The notes: generated by a model not told the origin, from the letters alone. 64,000 nt of DNA from an uncultured Candidatus Rokubacteria bacterium (GCA_963754315.1 CAVWFS010000018.1:288001-352000); one strand, 5' to 3'; counted from the stretch's first letter, positions 12,036 through 21,804 are shown. Numbers and translations: made by a program.

Positions 12036-12769
12036 CGCGCGGGGTTCTGCCGGTGTGATGCTCCCCACGGGCTACCCGGCTGGCGATCGGCCGGGCCGCG
12101 CCAGCGGCTCGCGTAGCGCTCGGTGTCAAGTCCAAGCGTGTGCAAGAGCAGAAGCCAGACGATGAAGCCCAACGTGCGCCAAGGCCCGCGGGCCAGGAAG
12201 CGGCGGCCCGAGGTGAAAAGTGGAGTCTGGATGAGGGCGGTGGGCCCTAGACGTTTGAGGCGCTGGCTGAGGATCAAGTCTTCCATAATGGCGACGTCGG
12301 TGTAGCCTCCTAGGTCCCGGAATACCTCGGCGCGGACGAAGAGACCCTGGTCACCATAGTGGTTGCTGGTGAACCGGTAACGGACCCGGTTGATGAAGCT
12401 GATGACGACGAGGCTCCAGGCGGGCTCGCTGAAGCGGTGGGCGAAGGCGCCCCCCACGACCCGCTCGTCGTGCACGGCCCCAGCGATGAGCGCGACTCCG
12501 TTACGCGGTGGCAGCGAGTCGGCGTGCAGGAACCAGAGAACCTCCCCGTTCGCGACAGCCGCCCCGGCATTCATGAGCGTGGCGCGCGTGGACCCTCCAG
12601 GCACAAGCAACCGGGCGCGCCCATGGATGGCCGACACGGTGTCGGCCCCGGCTTCCGTCGCCGCCACGATGACCTCGAGGTCCTCACGTCCCTGCAGCTC
12701 ATCAAGATGGTCGAGGCTCCGCCGCAACGCCTCCGCATCGTTCCGCACCGGGATCACGATCGAGATCAT
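12032..12769 (-). CDS. family 2 glycosyltransferase, TIGR04283-like
   Basis: ISIVIPVRND, MNAGA, FLHAD, YGDQGLFV, MEDL, TSGRRF. Confidence 0.88.
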   Translation of the reverse strand: MISIVIPVRNDAEALRRSLDHLDELQGREDLEVIVAATEAGADTVSAIHGRARLLVPGGSTRATLMNAGAAVANGEVLWFLHADSLPPRNGVALIAGAVHDERVVGGAFAHRFSEPAWSLVVISFINRVRYRFTSNHYGDQGLFVRAEVFRDLGGYTDVAIMEDLILSQRLKRLGPTALIQTPLFTSGRRFLARGPWRTLGFIVWLLLLHTLGLDTERYASRWRGPADRQPGSPWGASHRQNPAR

Positions 12770-12926
12770 CCGTCTAGCATGCCTGATCTGCCAGCCCCCA
12801 TGTCACGACCCGGTAAACTCGACTGCGGCTGACTGTCCGGAGGCTTGTCGCCCGGGGTGCTATAGGAACGCTTTTGCGGCAGAAGCTGGTGTCCTTACCC
12901 GGGGATCCCAGGCCGCGCGAGCGCGT

Positions 12927-12953
12927 GGGGGGGCGGGGTCCGTCCGACCCCCT
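12927..12953. repeat. GC-rich palindromic intergenic hairpin
   Basis: GGGGTC-CGTCC-GACCCC stem preceded by a G-run. Confidence 0.35.
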
Positions 12954-13006
12954 CAAGTTCACACGCTTGTGACGTCTCCCGGTATGGTGGGGTGCAGACT
13001 ACTGGC

Positions 13007-13540
13007 ATGATGACGCGACGCCAAGCTCGAGATTGCTTGATCGCGGCGGTAGCCTTCGGTGCGTTGGTGGTGACCGGGGTCCACGCCCAGGCGCTCAGAA
13101 TCGGCACCCCGGCTCCCGACCTTGCAGGCGGCCCATGGATCAACAGCGCGCCTCTTACCATCGAAACGTTGCGCGGCCGCGTGGTTCTGGTCGACTTCTG
13201 GACCTACGGGTGAATCAACTGTCAAAATGTGATCCCGCAGTTGCGGGCCTGGCACGCGCGATACGAGGCACGCGGACTCACGATCGTGGGCGTTCATAGC
13301 CCGGAGTTTCTGTGGGAGCGATCGTACAACAACGTCGTGGCCGCCACCGAGCGGCTGGGCATCCGCTACCCGGTGCTCCAAGACAACGATTTCACGGTCT
13401 GGAAGCGCTACGGCGTGCGTGCGTGGCCGACCGCTCTCCTCGTGGATCGCAAGGGGATCGTTCGTTTTCGTCACATCGGGGAAGGTGCCTACGAGGAGAC
13501 GGAGAATCTGATCCAGCGGCTGCTCGCGGAGGGCGGGTGA
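13007..13540 (+). CDS. exported thioredoxin-like (DipZ C-terminal/TlpA-type) selenoprotein, Sec encoded by TGA 13211-13213
   Basis: Track ORFs 12992-13213 and 13229-13540 are the same frame. The joined sequence reads VLVDFWTYG-U-INCQNV...GVHSPEF...AWPT, with TGA at the first Cys of the CxxC. N-terminal signal peptide; 177 aa. Confidence 0.88.
13234..13247 (+). promoter_or_regulatory. candidate bacterial SECIS hairpin
   Basis: CCCGC-AGTT-GCGGG; loop begins 26 nt after the TGA, with G in the second loop position. Confidence 0.6.
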
Positions 13541-13544
13541 GCGC

Positions 13545-15068
13545 CTGCTGACCTCCCGCGCTCGCTTTCCTCTTTTCGCTCTGCTCGCCATCGTGGTTCC
13601 GGCCACCATCGTGGCCGCCCTCGGGTATGTTTCGCTCCGCCACTGGCAAGCCTCGGCCGAGCTACTGTTTCGCGAGCAGGCGCGCGACACCGCCGTCATG
13701 GCGGCCGACAAGATCGAGATGACCCTGCGTGAGGCCGAAGATACGCTGCTCGATCGCCTGCAGACAGCCCTCGCCGGCGCGCACTCGTTGTCGGGAGCGC
13801 TCGCGCAGTTTCGGGCCGACCATCCGCTCGTGCACCGGCTCTACCTCTTCAACCGTCAGGGCGAGCTTTTGTATCCGGCGAGCCGCCACGAGGGCGACGC
13901 GGCCATCTTCGCCCGCCTCCTGGCCGAGGTCTCGCAGGGGTTCTGGGAACGCGGGGGGCGGCGGGAACTGACGGGCGGCGATCAGATCGCGCTGGCGTCG
14001 GTCCTGCGCGGTCCCGACGAGCGTCCCGTGCTGGCGACCATCACCTGGAACATTGACGTCCTGTGCGAGGCGATCCTGGCCCGGACCTTCCGCGCCCTGG
14101 AAGCGCCGACGATCCTCGCCGTCATCGACGAGCGGGACCGTCCGCTGTACAGCAAGGAACCGCTGGATGGGGCTGATCGCGTCCTCGTCGTGCCTTTCCG
14201 CGAGCGCCTGGCTACCTGGCGCCTGGCTGTGTATCAGGCGCCCGGCCTGTCGCCACGTCAGGCCGTCCGGCGGCAGGTCATGCTGTTCACCGCGGCCTTC
14301 GGCGTGCTCCTGGCCGTTATCGTGGTGGGCATTGCTGTGGCCTGGCGCCTCATGCGACGCGAAGCGGAGATGGCCCAGCTCAAATCCGATTTCGTGGCCA
14401 ACGTGTCTCACGATCTGAAGACTCCGCTCTCGGTGATCCGAATGTTCGGCGAGACCCTCGAGATGGGGCGGGTGACCGAGGCGAGCCAGCGACAGGAGTA
14501 CTACCGGGTGATCGCCCGCGAGAGCGAGCGCCTGTCGCGCCTCATCGAGAACGTCCTCGACTTCGCGCGCATCGAAGGCGGCCGGCGGACTTACGCCATC
14601 GTCCCTACCGCCGTGGAACCGGTCATCCGGGACACGCTTGACGCCTTTGAGCACGCGCTGACCAGTGAGGGCTTCAAGCTCGATGTCCTGATGCCGCCAG
14701 ACCTTCCCGAGGTCCCCCTGGACGGCGAAGCCGTCGCGCAGGCCCTGGGCAACCTTGTCGACAACGCCATCAAGTATTCCGGTGAGCACAAGATTCTCAC
14801 CGTGGAGGCGCGCCTGGTCGGAGCCGAGCTCGCCCTCTCGGTGGCCGATGCTGGAGTCGGGATTCCCCGCGAGGAGCAGGGCAGGATCTTCGAGAAGTTC
14901 TATCGCGCCGGCCGTAGCGAGACCCAGGGCCGCCGGGGAAGCGGCGTCGGACTCACCCTGGTTCGCCACATTGCGGAGGCCCATGGGGGGCGCGTTACGG
15001 TGGAGAGCGCCCCGGGGGCCGGCAGCCGTTTCACTCTGTGGTTGCCCGTGCACTCCACGGCACGTTGA
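13545..15068 (+). CDS. membrane sensor histidine kinase
   Basis: Two TM segments flanking a periplasmic domain; VSHDLKTPL H-box, NLVDNAIKYS, DAGVGI, FEKFYR, GSGVGL. The frame is open back to about 13545 (CTG), so the start is uncertain. Confidence 0.92.
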   Translation: MLTSRARFPLFALLAIVVPATIVAALGYVSLRHWQASAELLFREQARDTAVMAADKIEMTLREAEDTLLDRLQTALAGAHSLSGALAQFRADHPLVHRLYLFNRQGELLYPASRHEGDAAIFARLLAEVSQGFWERGGRRELTGGDQIALASVLRGPDERPVLATITWNIDVLCEAILARTFRALEAPTILAVIDERDRPLYSKEPLDGADRVLVVPFRERLATWRLAVYQAPGLSPRQAVRRQVMLFTAAFGVLLAVIVVGIAVAWRLMRREAEMAQLKSDFVANVSHDLKTPLSVIRMFGETLEMGRVTEASQRQEYYRVIARESERLSRLIENVLDFARIEGGRRTYAIVPTAVEPVIRDTLDAFEHALTSEGFKLDVLMPPDLPEVPLDGEAVAQALGNLVDNAIKYSGEHKILTVEARLVGAELALSVADAGVGIPREEQGRIFEKFYRAGRSETQGRRGSGVGLTLVRHIAEAHGGRVTVESAPGAGSRFTLWLPVHSTAR

Positions 15069-15075
15069 GCGCATC

Positions 15076-15750
15076 GTGCCGCGAATCCTGATCGTGGACG
15101 ACGAGCCCGAGATCGTGCGAGGCATCGAGGACAATCTTCGCTTCGAGGGCTTCCAGACCCTTTCCGCCACCAATGCAGAGACGGGCCTGGACCTGGCGTG
15201 CCGGGAGGCGCCTGATCTGATCCTGCTCGACATCATGATGCCCCGTGTGAGCGGCTGGGACGTGTGCCATGAGCTGCGCCGCCGTGGCATCGACGTTCCC
15301 GTGATCATGCTCACCGCACGCGCGGAGGAGGCCGACCGCGTGCGGGGACTGGAGTTGGGCGCCGATGACTACATCACCAAGCCCTTCTCCGTGCGCGAGC
15401 TGATGGCGCGCGTCCACGCGGTGCTGCGTCGGCCAGGTCCGCGGCGCAAGGCGGAGACCCTGGCCTTTGGCATCGTCCGCATCCAGATCCAGGCACGGCA
15501 GGTGTTCAAGGGGGGGCGCGAGGTGCCCATGACCCGCAAGGAATTCGACCTGCTCGTCTATCTGCTCGAGCACCGCGGGGAGATCGTCACCCGCGAGCGA
15601 CTCCTCGACCACGTGTGGGGGTACGAGCGTTTTCCCACGACGCGCACCGTCGACACCCACGTTCTGCGTCTGCGCCGGAAGTTCGAGGCCGATCCCGACC
15701 GGCCTGCCTTCATCCTGACCGTCCATGGCCAGGGGTACAAATTTGCATGA
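15076..15750 (+). CDS. OmpR-family response regulator
   Basis: ILIVDDE, LLDIMMP, GADDYITKPF, winged-helix RTVDTHVLRLR, TVHGQGYKF. Confidence 0.95.
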   Translation: MPRILIVDDEPEIVRGIEDNLRFEGFQTLSATNAETGLDLACREAPDLILLDIMMPRVSGWDVCHELRRRGIDVPVIMLTARAEEADRVRGLELGADDYITKPFSVRELMARVHAVLRRPGPRRKAETLAFGIVRIQIQARQVFKGGREVPMTRKEFDLLVYLLEHRGEIVTRERLLDHVWGYERFPTTRTVDTHVLRLRRKFEADPDRPAFILTVHGQGYKFA

Positions 15751-15786
15751 GCGTGCGATGCTAGGTCGCACACGGGAGGACACCGT

Positions 15787-16743
15787 ATGCTGGTTCGACA
15801 CGCCCCAATGTTCCGCGACTCCGACACGACCCCCGAGCTTGTCTACGTGAACCGACGAGCCTTCATGATCGGCCTCGGGGCGGTGGCCCTGGTCGGCCCT
15901 TCGGGGAACGCCGAGGCTGCTGCCCCGACACCGGCCCCCCTGTCGTCCGCTCCCAACCCCGCCTATCGGCTGTCCGATAGCCCGACCAAGTGGGAGGACG
16001 CGACGAGCTACAACAACTTCTACGAGTTCGGGGTGAACAAGGACGATCCGGCACGGCTGGCCCACACCCTCAAGCCGCGCCCATGGACCGTGCAGGTGGA
16101 CGGATTGGTGGCCAAGGGCCGCACCTTCGACGTTGACGATCTGATGAAGGTCGCACCGCTCGAGGAGCGGATCTACTCCCTCAGATGCGTGGAAGGCTGG
16201 TCGATGGTCATCCCCTGGATTGGCATACCGCTGGCCGCGGTCCTCAAGCGCGTGGAGCCGACCAGCCAGGCCAAGTACGTTGAGTTCACGACCCTCGTCG
16301 ACCCCGAGCAGTTTCCGGCGCAGCGCAAGGGGTTATTCAGCTTGAGCAGCCTCGACTGGCCGTACACGGAAGGGCTCCGGCTCGACGAGGCCATGCACCC
16401 GCTTACCCTGCTCACGTTCGGCATGTATGGCAAGGTGCTGCCCAATCAGAATGGCGCTCCCGTGCGGATGGTCATCCCGTGGAAATACGGCTTCAAGAGC
16501 GCCAAGTCCATCGTCCGTATCCGTGTCGTGAGTGAGGAGCCGAAGACGGCGTGGAACAAGGCGCAGTCCAGCGAGTACGGGTTCTACTCGAACGTCAACC
16601 CTGCTGTCGATCATCCGCGCTGGAGCCAGGCCACCGAACGCCGCATCGGGGAGTTTCGGCGACGGAAGACACTGATGTTCAACGGCTACGCCGACCAGGT
16701 GGCCTCGCTCTACACGGGCATGGACCTCAAGAAATACTACTGA
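15787..16743 (+). CDS. msrP: protein-methionine-sulfoxide reductase catalytic subunit
   Basis: Tat-like [49 protein letters not shown]. Confidence 0.96.
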   Translation: MLVRHAPMFRDSDTTPELVYVNRRAFMIGLGAVALVGPSGNAEAAAPTPAPLSSAPNPAYRLSDSPTKWEDATSYNNFYEFGVNKDDPARLAHTLKPRPWTVQVDGLVAKGRTFDVDDLMKVAPLEERIYSLRCVEGWSMVIPWIGIPLAAVLKRVEPTSQAKYVEFTTLVDPEQFPAQRKGLFSLSSLDWPYTEGLRLDEAMHPLTLLTFGMYGKVLPNQNGAPVRMVIPWKYGFKSAKSIVRIRVVSEEPKTAWNKAQSSEYGFYSNVNPAVDHPRWSQATERRIGEFRRRKTLMFNGYADQVASLYTGMDLKKYY

Positions 16744-16750
16744 CGGAGCG

Positions 16751-17377
16751 GTGGGTCGCCGCGCGCGCCTGGCCGTCAAGACGCTGGCCTGGGTCCTCTG
16801 TCTTCTGCCCCTGGCGTTTCTCCTCGTGTGGGCGGGCCAGGGTGATCTCACGGCGAATCCCATCAGCTTCATCACGAACTGGCTCGGCGACTGGGCCCTG
16901 CGCATCCTGCTGGTGAGCCTCGCCCTCACCCCGCTGCGGCTGATCACGGGCATGGCGTGGCAGATGCCGTTGCGGCGCCTGCTCGGTCTCTTCGCCTTCT
17001 TCTATGTCGGTCTCCACTTCAGCGTGTGGCTCGCGGTGGATCATTTCTTCGACTGGCATCAGATGGGCACGGACATCGCCAAGCGACCGTATATCACGGT
17101 GGGCATGGCAGCGCTCCTGTGCCTCATCCCGCTCGCGGCCACGTCGACGACCGGCATGATCAAGCGCCTGGGCGCGCCGATGTGGCGGCGGCTGCATCGG
17201 CTTGCGTACGTGGCGGGGCTCCTGGCGTCTGTCCACTTCCTGTGGCTGGCCAAGGTGGGGCGAGTCGAGCAATATGTGTATGCGGGGACCTTGGCCGTTC
17301 TTCTGGGCGTGCGGCTCTGGTTTTCCGGCCAGCGGTTTGTGCGGAGCCGGATGGCCCACGCCCGGGAGGCATCCTAG
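16751..17377 (+). CDS. msrQ: protein-methionine-sulfoxide reductase heme-binding subunit
   Basis: LTPLR, RRLLGLFAFFY..LH, KRPYITVG, WRRLHRLAY..H. Confidence 0.95.
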   Translation: MGRRARLAVKTLAWVLCLLPLAFLLVWAGQGDLTANPISFITNWLGDWALRILLVSLALTPLRLITGMAWQMPLRRLLGLFAFFYVGLHFSVWLAVDHFFDWHQMGTDIAKRPYITVGMAALLCLIPLAATSTTGMIKRLGAPMWRRLHRLAYVAGLLASVHFLWLAKVGRVEQYVYAGTLAVLLGVRLWFSGQRFVRSRMAHAREAS

Positions 17378-17396
17378 GACCGCCGGGCCATCGCGC

Positions 17397-18215
17397 GTGC
17401 GCCTGCTGACCAAGCTCCACACTCTGTACCCCGACAGTTCCGGACGCGCCCGCAAGCGATGGGTGGCTGCTGGGCGTGTCCGTGTCAACGGCCAGGTCGT
17501 GCGTCGTGGCGATGTCGAACTGGGGGCGGCTGACAAGGTCGAGCTGGGCATCGAGGTCCCGCGCGACGCTGACCGCCTGCGCCGCCTGCACGAGGATGAC
17601 GATCTCATCGTGGTCGACAAGCCGCCCGGATTGCTCACCATTGCAACGGAGCGTGAGCGGGAGCGAACCGCGTACCGGATGCTGGCGGGCGACCGGGCAA
17701 CCCACGCGGAGCGGCGGCTCTACATCGTGCACCGGCTCGACCGTGAGACGTCGGGGCTCATCTGTTTCGCCAAGTCTGTTGCTGCCAAACGGGCGCTTCA
17801 GGCTCAGTTCGCCGCGCGTTCGGCCACGCGCATCTACGTGGCCGTGGTCGAGGGGCGGGTCACCCAGGACGAGGGCGTGCTCAGGGCTCGGCTCCATGAG
17901 GACCGCTCTCTGCGCGTGCGCACGACCACCGACCGCCGGGCGAGCCGCGAGGCGATCACCCGCTATCGCGTGCTGGAGCGTCACCGGGAGACCACCCTTC
18001 TCGAACTGAGCCTGATCACCGGACGGCGCGCCCAGATTCGCGTCCAGCTGGCGCAGGCAGGACACCCCATCCTTGGGGATCGCGTGTATGGCAGTCGCCG
18101 TGACCCATTGCGCCGCCTCTGCTTGCACGCCACGCGGCTGGCGTTTCGGCACCCGAGGGACGGCCAGGCGGTGACCTACGAGAGCACCCCTCCGGCCGCC
18201 TTCCGCCGAGTCTGA
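17397..18215 (+). CDS. RluA-family pseudouridine synthase
   Basis: VVDKPPGL, VHRLDRETSG catalytic motif, TGRRAQIRVQLA..GHPILGD..YG, LHA. Confidence 0.92.
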   Translation: MRLLTKLHTLYPDSSGRARKRWVAAGRVRVNGQVVRRGDVELGAADKVELGIEVPRDADRLRRLHEDDDLIVVDKPPGLLTIATERERERTAYRMLAGDRATHAERRLYIVHRLDRETSGLICFAKSVAAKRALQAQFAARSATRIYVAVVEGRVTQDEGVLRARLHEDRSLRVRTTTDRRASREAITRYRVLERHRETTLLELSLITGRRAQIRVQLAQAGHPILGDRVYGSRRDPLRRLCLHATRLAFRHPRDGQAVTYESTPPAAFRRV

Positions 18216-18231
18216 GACCGCGGCGCGAGCC

Positions 18232-18459
18232 TTACTCCCGCCGTGCGCGGGCTTCGTCGGCGGCCCGGATCTCGTCGGCGAACATGCTGACGTTCAGGGG
18301 GCAGGGGGGCTTATTCTCGTCGACGTACTGACAATCCACCTGGTTGCACTGTACGAAGTGGCCCTGCGGCCGGCCGAAGCCCGGCAGACGCTTGAGACGG
18401 ATCAGCACGGTCTCGGACACCACTGGGCACCAAAACTCACGGGGTCGGCTACGCGGCAT
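18232..18459 (-). CDS. small hypothetical protein with four Cys
   Basis: 75 aa ORF filling an intergenic gap; FWCP...QCNQVDCQY...PPCP. Confidence 0.6.
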   Translation of the reverse strand: MPRSRPREFWCPVVSETVLIRLKRLPGFGRPQGHFVQCNQVDCQYVDENKPPCPLNVSMFADEIRAADEARARRE

Positions 18460-18593
18460 GACCCCAACCTTACTCGGCCCTAGCCCCCTTTGACAAGGCG
18501 GCCGCACGGCCGTGGGGCGGGGAATTCATCCATCCGCCTGCAGGATCGCATATAGTGAAACGGCGTGCGATCTAGGCGAACCAGGAGGAGTGA

Positions 18594-19630
18594 GTGCGTC
18601 GACTCGCCCGAAAATCGAGTAGCCACGACCGTTCTGCTCGCCGCTCTCGTGCTGCTGGCGACCGGTTGTGGCACGTTGTCCGAGGTGTTGGCACCGCCCC
18701 TCGTGTCGGCGCCACCGCCGCCGCTGGTCGGCGAGATCAGTGCTCCGGAAGCGGCACCGACTCATCACACTTGCGACTGCCTACGAGGTCGCGGACCGCG
18801 TGGCCGCCGCACCACCCGAGCCGACGCGAACGTCGGCTCGCGTCCCAGAGACGCGAGCGGATCCCGCGAGGGCCGCCATCAAGTGAACCGACGCTGGCGA
18901 CGCCGGAGACTGAGCTCCGCGGGGAGATCATCCGGAGGAGCCGGAGGTGGAATCGGAGGCCCCGGATGGAATGGCTCAGGTGCGGGACACGCCCGTCACC
19001 GAGGCCGATCCCGAGGATTACGATCCCTGGGAGCCCTACAACGAGCGGATGTTCGCGTTCAACTACAACGTTGACCGGTACGTACTCAAGCCGGCGGCGA
19101 ACGTCTACCGGCACATCGTTCCCGAGCCGTTCCAGATCATGATCAGCAACGGCTTCGATAACATCCGGTTCCCGGCCCGCTTCGTCAACCTCGTGCTGCA
19201 AGGACGGTTCCGGGGAGCCTTCCTCGAGACATCCCGTTTCGTTATCAACTCGGTGCTCGGTGTCGGGGGTCTCTTCAATCCGGCGACGGACTACTTCGGG
19301 ATTCCGAGATCGTCTGCCGACTTCGGCCAGACGCTCGCTGGGTGGGGGGTAGGGCCCGGGCCTTTCTTCGTCCCCCCCTTGCTGCCGCCGGCCACCGTCC
19401 GGGACTTCATCGGTCGCTTGGCCGACTCAGCGATGAATCCGATTGCGTGGTTTCTCCTCGACTTCTGGCCAGAGGGGCTCGCCATCGGGGCTGGAGAGAT
19501 GCTGAATCAGCGCGCGGTCACCTACGAGCTCTTCCAGGGGGTCGAGGAGACAACCCTCGATCTGTATACCGCGGTCAGGGACGGCTACCTGCGCCGTCGC
19601 GAGCGACAGCTCCAGCGACTCGAGGAATGA
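18594..19630 (+). CDS. mlaA: VacJ/MlaA-family lipoprotein, with several frameshifts in the 5' third
   Basis: MlaA domain (YDPWEPYNERMFAFN, RFVINS..GVGG, DFGQTL..WG..GP) at 18947-19630. Lipobox LATGC lies upstream in another frame; AGGAGG RBS before GTG 18594. Confidence 0.8.
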
Positions 19631-19634
19631 TTCG

Positions 19635-20549
19635 GTGCGGCTGGTTGCTACCCTTGTCGCCGCCGCGGCGCTGATCGGGGCGATAGGGGCGCTCGCCCTG
19701 CGCGGGCTCGCCGCGGCGCCGCATTCAGCAGCGCCATCGCTTCCGGGCCAGGCGCTCTACGTCATGCAGTGCGCCGTCTGCCACGGTGCGACCGGGAAGG
19801 GTGATGGACTATCAGCGAGCGGCTTTGCCACCAAGCCGTCGAACCTGACGGAGGGGAGGCGTCTCAACCAGCTTCCCGAAGAGTTCTTCGTGAATATCGT
19901 CCTCAACGGCGGGCCGGCAGAGGGGCTCTCACCCGGGATGCCTCCTTTTCGGGGCAACCTGAACGAAGGCCAGGTCCGCGAGATCACGGCCTACCTCCGG
20001 ACCTTGGCGGAACCCCCTTTCCGCCCTGGGGATCCCCAGCCGATCGCGACCGTGGCAGGAGCGCCGTCGCAGCCCATCTTCTTCAGCCATCTGATCCACG
20101 CTGGCTCCTATCGGATCGACTGCCAGTTCTGTCACACCGGCGCCCGCCGCTCGTCGCACGCAGGGATGCCATCGGTGGAGAAGTGCATGGGGTGTCACAA
20201 GATCATCGGTGCCCAGGACAACCCGGAGATCCGCAAGATTCATGGCTACTGGGAACGCCGTGAGCCGATTCCCTGGGTGCGCATCTTCCGGGTGCCCCAA
20301 TTCACGTACTTCTCGCACAAGCCCCACGTGCGGGCGGGTATCGCCTGCCAGAACTGCCATGGCCCGATCCAGCAGATGCGGGTGGTCGGGGCGAACACGG
20401 GGCCCTCCCTCGCCAACGACCTCCTGAACCTGATCGGGCTGCGACCGGCCGCGAGGCCTCTCTCCATGGGATGGTGCGTCGATTGCCATCGCGAGCAGAA
20501 CGCCAGGGGCAAGCAGGCCCCTCTCGATTGCGTGACCTGCCACCACTAG
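19635..20549 (+). CDS. hexaheme cytochrome c (monoheme domain fused to an ActA-like pentaheme domain)
   Basis: Six CxxCH motifs (CAVCH, CQFCH, CMGCH, CQNCH, CVDCH, CVTCH); QPIFFSHLIHAG, PIPWVRI, LSMGWC; N-terminal signal/TM. Confidence 0.88.
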   Translation: MRLVATLVAAAALIGAIGALALRGLAAAPHSAAPSLPGQALYVMQCAVCHGATGKGDGLSASGFATKPSNLTEGRRLNQLPEEFFVNIVLNGGPAEGLSPGMPPFRGNLNEGQVREITAYLRTLAEPPFRPGDPQPIATVAGAPSQPIFFSHLIHAGSYRIDCQFCHTGARRSSHAGMPSVEKCMGCHKIIGAQDNPEIRKIHGYWERREPIPWVRIFRVPQFTYFSHKPHVRAGIACQNCHGPIQQMRVVGANTGPSLANDLLNLIGLRPAARPLSMGWCVDCHREQNARGKQAPLDCVTCHH

Positions 20550-20597
20550 TCTCGAGGTGGTACGATCCGATCTGGACGTCACTTCAGCAGAGGAGAG

Positions 20598-21791
20598 ATG
20601 ATGCAGCTCTCGCTCGACGGCATCCGCATCATCGACCTGTCGCGCGTCCTGGCCGGTCCGTTTTGCTGCGCCCTCCTGGGCGACATGGGGGCCGATGTGA
20701 TCAAGGTGGAGGACATGGCCAGCGGCGACGAGTCGCGCACGTGGCCGCCCCACCAGGACGGCGAATCGGCCGGCTTCATCGTCAACAACCGGAACAAGCG
20801 TGGCATCGCGATCGACCTGAAGACGGCTCCTGGCGTCGAGCTCGTCACCCGTCTGCTCCGCGGGGCGGACGTGGTGGTGGAGAACTTCCGCACCGGGACC
20901 ATGGAGCAATTTGGTCTGGGCTACGAGACCTTGGCGACCCTCAATCCGCGTCTCGTTTACTGCTCGATCTCCGCGTTCGGACGCCAGGGACCGCGGGCTC
21001 ACGAGGCCGGGTACGAGGCCCTCATGCAGGCCTTCAGCGGGATCATGAGCATCACCGGTGAGCCAGATGGGCCTCCCGTACGCTGCGGGGTCTCGTTTCT
21101 CGATTTGAGCACGGGCATCCTCTGCGCATTCGGCGTGGTCAACGCGCTGTTGCTGCGGGAGCGCACGGGGCGCGGTTCACGGGTCGACGGGTCGCTGCTG
21201 GAAACGGCCGTCGGGTTGCTCAACTTCCAGGCGGAGGGCAATCTGCTGGTGGGTAGCGTGCCGCGGGCCCTCGGTTCGGCGCATCCGTCGCTTTCGCCGT
21301 ACCGGAATTTCCGCTGCGGCGATGGGCAGTGGATCTTCATTGCGGGAGCCAACGACCGGCTCTTCCGGCGGCTCACCACCGCGCTGGGCCTGACCGCCAT
21401 GGCCGACGACCCTAGATTCGCCACCAATGTGGAGCGCGTGAGGCACCGCACGGAGCTGGAGACGACCCTCGCGGACGCGATTGCCCGCCACGATCGCGCG
21501 CAGCTCATGGAGATGCTCCACAAGCACGACGTGCCGGCGACCCCTGTCAACACCGTGCCGCAGGTTTTGCAGGATGCGCAGACCCAGGCTCTTGGCATTG
21601 TGCAACGTCTCGATCATCCGCGCCTGGGAGACATCCCGATTGTCAGCATGCCGCTGACGTTCTCCGGTGAGCGGCCACCCGTCCGACGAGCGGCGCCCGC
21701 TCGCGGTGAGCACACCGACAGCGTGCTAGAAGAGTTCGGCTATTCCGCGGCCGAGGTCGCCGCGCTTCGGGAGCAGAAGGTCGTCCGATGA
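20598..21791 (+). CDS. CaiB/BaiF family III CoA-transferase
   Basis: LDGIRIIDLSRVLAGP, LGDMGADVIKVE, NRNKR, VENFR, AP..GEHT. Confidence 0.93.
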   Translation: MMQLSLDGIRIIDLSRVLAGPFCCALLGDMGADVIKVEDMASGDESRTWPPHQDGESAGFIVNNRNKRGIAIDLKTAPGVELVTRLLRGADVVVENFRTGTMEQFGLGYETLATLNPRLVYCSISAFGRQGPRAHEAGYEALMQAFSGIMSITGEPDGPPVRCGVSFLDLSTGILCAFGVVNALLLRERTGRGSRVDGSLLETAVGLLNFQAEGNLLVGSVPRALGSAHPSLSPYRNFRCGDGQWIFIAGANDRLFRRLTTALGLTAMADDPRFATNVERVRHRTELETTLADAIARHDRAQLMEMLHKHDVPATPVNTVPQVLQDAQTQALGIVQRLDHPRLGDIPIVSMPLTFSGERPPVRRAAPARGEHTDSVLEEFGYSAAEVAALREQKVVR

Positions 21792-21804
21792 CGAGGACGT
21801 TCCC

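Noticed and set aside
18884..18886. TGA in the mlaA upstream region as a third Sec codon
   Set aside because: Not at a Cys-motif position, in a frameshifted low-complexity linker, with no convincing hairpin.
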